Assembly: GCA_041484665.1 (NCBI GenBank)
Contig: JBGPIA010000003.1
Coordinates: 96,001-160,000 of the forward strand
Direction: 5' to 3'
DNA length: 64,000 bases
DNA from: Candidatus Krumholzibacteriia bacterium
GTDB lineage: Bacteria > Krumholzibacteriota > Krumholzibacteriia > JAJRXK01
Position 1 is the stretch's first letter; each line of letters opens with the position of its first letter. The notes under the pieces were generated by a model. That model saw nothing but the letters and a program-made list of their open reading frames with translations. It searched no databases and was not told the DNA's origin. Positions 61,938 to 64,000 of the stretch are shown piece by piece. A program made the position numbers and the translations under genes.

Positions 61938-62085
61938 TTGCCTACGCCTTGCTTCGCCGGAGGGCGGAGTGAAGCGGTTCTGAGATCGAGCCGTGTCTGC
62001 CACGAAAGTCGTCCCCCCCAGAGATCGGGTGGCAGATGTCGATCGAAGAGCCGTCTGAGCTTCGTCCCTCCGGCAATTTCTTTTC
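61938..62085 (+). ncRNA. Candidate structured small RNA (long rod-like hairpin with C-rich loop and U-rich 3' end)
   Basis: Four nested helices: 61956-69/62060-74, 61974-81/62047-54, 61984-89/62039-44, 61994-62003/62029-38. Several G-U pairs favour the + strand. Followed by AATTTCTTTT and preceded by a sigma54 motif. Confidence 0.55.
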
Positions 62086-62445
62086 GGGCTGAGCGACCGC
62101 CGCGGTCGAAGACCGCTCGAGTCGCAACGGCGCGCCACCGCGGGACGACCGGCCGCTGCTCCGCCCTGGTCCCGTGCGCACCGCACCCAGATCCCTGCTC
62201 TCCCACTATCGAGCCGCGATCGCCGGCTGTCGATCCCCGGGCGGCCATCCGCTGGATCGCCCGCGATTGCCGGCAGCTGGAGACGCGCTGAGGGGGCCGC
62301 GGCGTTTGCCGTCCAACGGACGCTTGCCTTTCTCATCCCGTCAAGCCACCCTGACTGGGTGCGCGGCCCCACGCTGCAATGCAGTCCGCGCCCCCTGCAG
62401 CGCGCGCACCGTCGGCAGGCTCGATGAGACTGCCGCGTTTCTCCC

Positions 62446-63238
62446 ATGACGACCTCGATGCAGCCGCTCAAGAGCTTGGAGCCACGCTCCCCCGGCCGGC
62501 GGGCAAGCGGCGCGGGCCCCGACCTCTCGGTCGTCGTCCCCTGTCTCAATGAAGCCGAATCGCTGCGCGAGCTCGTGCGGCGTCTGGGCCAGACGTTTCC
62601 CGTGGGCGGACCGATCGCGGCGGAGTTCCTGGTGGTCGATGACGGCTCCGCCGACGCGACGCCGCGGCTGTTCCGCGAACTGCAAGCGCGGGAGCCGCGT
62701 CTGATTCCGGTGATCCGCCCACAGCGCGGGGGGCCAGACCGCTGCGCTTTGGTCAGGATTGACCCGGGCGCCTGGCCGCTACATCGCCCAGCTCGACGGT
62801 GACCTGCAGAACGATCCGTCCGATCTCCCGCGCATGCTGGAGTTGGCTCGGCAGGGTCACGACGCCGTCCTGGGCTACCGCGAGCAGCGGTACGACCGGC
62901 CCGCGCGCCGCACCGCCAGCTGGATGGCGAACGCGATCCGCCGCGCCGTACTCCACGATCACATCCGCGACATCGGCTGCTCTACGCGCGTCGTGCGACG
63001 CGAGGCGATGCTCGCGCTGTCTCCCGTCCCCAATCTCAACCGCTATCTGCCGGCCCTGTTGGAGAGATCGGGCTGGCGGATCGTGCAGGTCCGAGCGATC
63101 CACCACCCGCGCCTGTGTGGACGGAGCAAGTACGACAACCTGCGACGCGGGCTGCAGGGGATCGTCGACCTGATCCGCATGGCGCGGCTGGCGGCGCAGC
63201 ATGCCCGGCAGGCGGAATCGAGGACCCATGGTGTTTGA
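62446..63238 (+). pseudogene. GT2 polyprenol-phosphate glycosyltransferase (ArnC/DPM1-like), interrupted by a +1 frameshift
   Basis: First frame: LSVVVPCLNEAES, VVDDGSAD. Second frame: GQTAALWSG, QLDGDLQNDP, DIGCS, R..G.SKY. Removing one G from G6 at 62728-62733 joins them. Confidence 0.8.
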
Positions 63239-63503
63239 CGCTTGGAAGTGGCTGGGCCTGGCGGCCCAGGTGGTGTTCGCCTCCCGCTTCGCCGTGCAGT
63301 GGCTGGTCTCCGAGGCGCGCGGCCAGAGCGTGATCCCAACCTATTTCTGGTGGGCGAGCATCCTGGGTGCGGCGGCGTTGTTGGCCTACGCCATCCACAT
63401 CCACGATCCGGTCTTCATCCTGGGACAGTCGTTCGGGATGCTGGTTTACGTGCGAAACCTCACGCTGCGCCGCCAGCGGACCGACCCCCAGACCACCACA
63501 TGA
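63228..63503 (+). CDS. Lipid A biosynthesis N-terminal (LAB_N) domain small membrane protein
   Basis: LGLAAQVVFASRFAVQW..SE....SVIP.YFW..S, YAI...DPVFILGQ, YVRNL. Confidence 0.9.
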   Translation: MVFDAWKWLGLAAQVVFASRFAVQWLVSEARGQSVIPTYFWWASILGAAALLAYAIHIHDPVFILGQSFGMLVYVRNLTLRRQRTDPQTTT

Positions 63504-64000
63504 GCGACCGCAGACTGCGCGGCCCGCTGGCGCTGGCCGCCGCCGGCCTCGCGCTCTGGGTAGCGGGGCTGGGCGCCTATCCCCTGCTCGAGAGCACCGA
63601 GGGGCGCTATGCATCGATCGTGGCGGACATGCTTCGCCGCGGTGACTGGCTCGTGCCGCGCTTCGATGGGCTGCTGCACTTCGACAAAGCCGCCGCTGGC
63701 GTACTGGGGCGGCGCTCTGGCGCTGCGACTGCTGGGCCACAGCGAGCTCGCGCTGCGCGTGCCTGCCACGCTCGCGTGGCTGCTGTCCGCGTGGCTGGTG
63801 TTCCGCCTGGGGCTCGCCGCGACGCTTGACCGCCGCCGCGCGACGTGGGCGGCCGTGTTCGCCAGCTTCGCTCCGCTGGCGGTGGTGCAGGCGCGCATGC
63901 TGAGCAGCGATGTCTTCCTCTGGCCGGCGACCCTGTGCGTCTACCTCGGCGTGGTCGACGTGAGTCGAAGCGCGTGGGGGCGCGCTGCGCTCACGGGCGT
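63500..64000 (+). pseudogene. ArnT/PMT-family glycosyltransferase (partial), with a +1 frameshift
   Basis: TEGRYASIVADM..RGDWLVP..DG..HFDK. Removing one A at 63686-63688 restores KPPLAYW...ELALRVP; runs off the right edge. Confidence 0.8.

Noticed and set aside
61938..62085. Identification of the hairpin as SRP (4.5S) RNA or 6S RNA
   Set aside because: No CAGG...GRAA...AGCA SRP domain IV motif, and it is shorter than typical 6S with no large central bubble. A covariance-model search is still needed to exclude divergent forms.

Overview
A very GC-rich (roughly 70%, by eye) bacterial chromosomal segment, densely coding and mostly on the minus strand. It is dominated by housekeeping and envelope genes: uvrA (partial), asnS, pnp-rpsO, the rimP-nusA-infB-rbfA-truB-ribF operon, a giant SprA/T9SS-translocon-like gene coupled to an M28 glutaminyl-cyclase-like gene, lptFG, metK, an rpoN-hpf-hprK-mannose-class PTS cluster, lptBC, Kdo genes with pyrG, rplU-rpmA, trxB, an SDR-PTPS-PTPS-folE pterin cluster, and the start of a frameshifted lipid A modification cluster. 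SprA, Kdo/LPS genes and this PTS layout in a high-GC genome suggest an FCB-superphylum diderm (inference only). No tRNA, rRNA, CRISPR array or transposase was seen. The most interesting signals are non-coding. (1) Four well-formed sigma54 (-24/-12) motifs lie in intergenic DNA, upstream of a TPR/DUF4388 pair, sprA, the lpxL-lptC-lptB-rpoN run and an ORF-free unit. (2) That unit is a ~120-nt rod-like hairpin with a C-rich loop and U-rich tail, a candidate sigma54-dependent small RNA. (3) A 269-bp element with perfect 31-bp terminal inverted repeats and nested hairpins sits between convergent genes. Start codons were placed by eye and no database searches were run.
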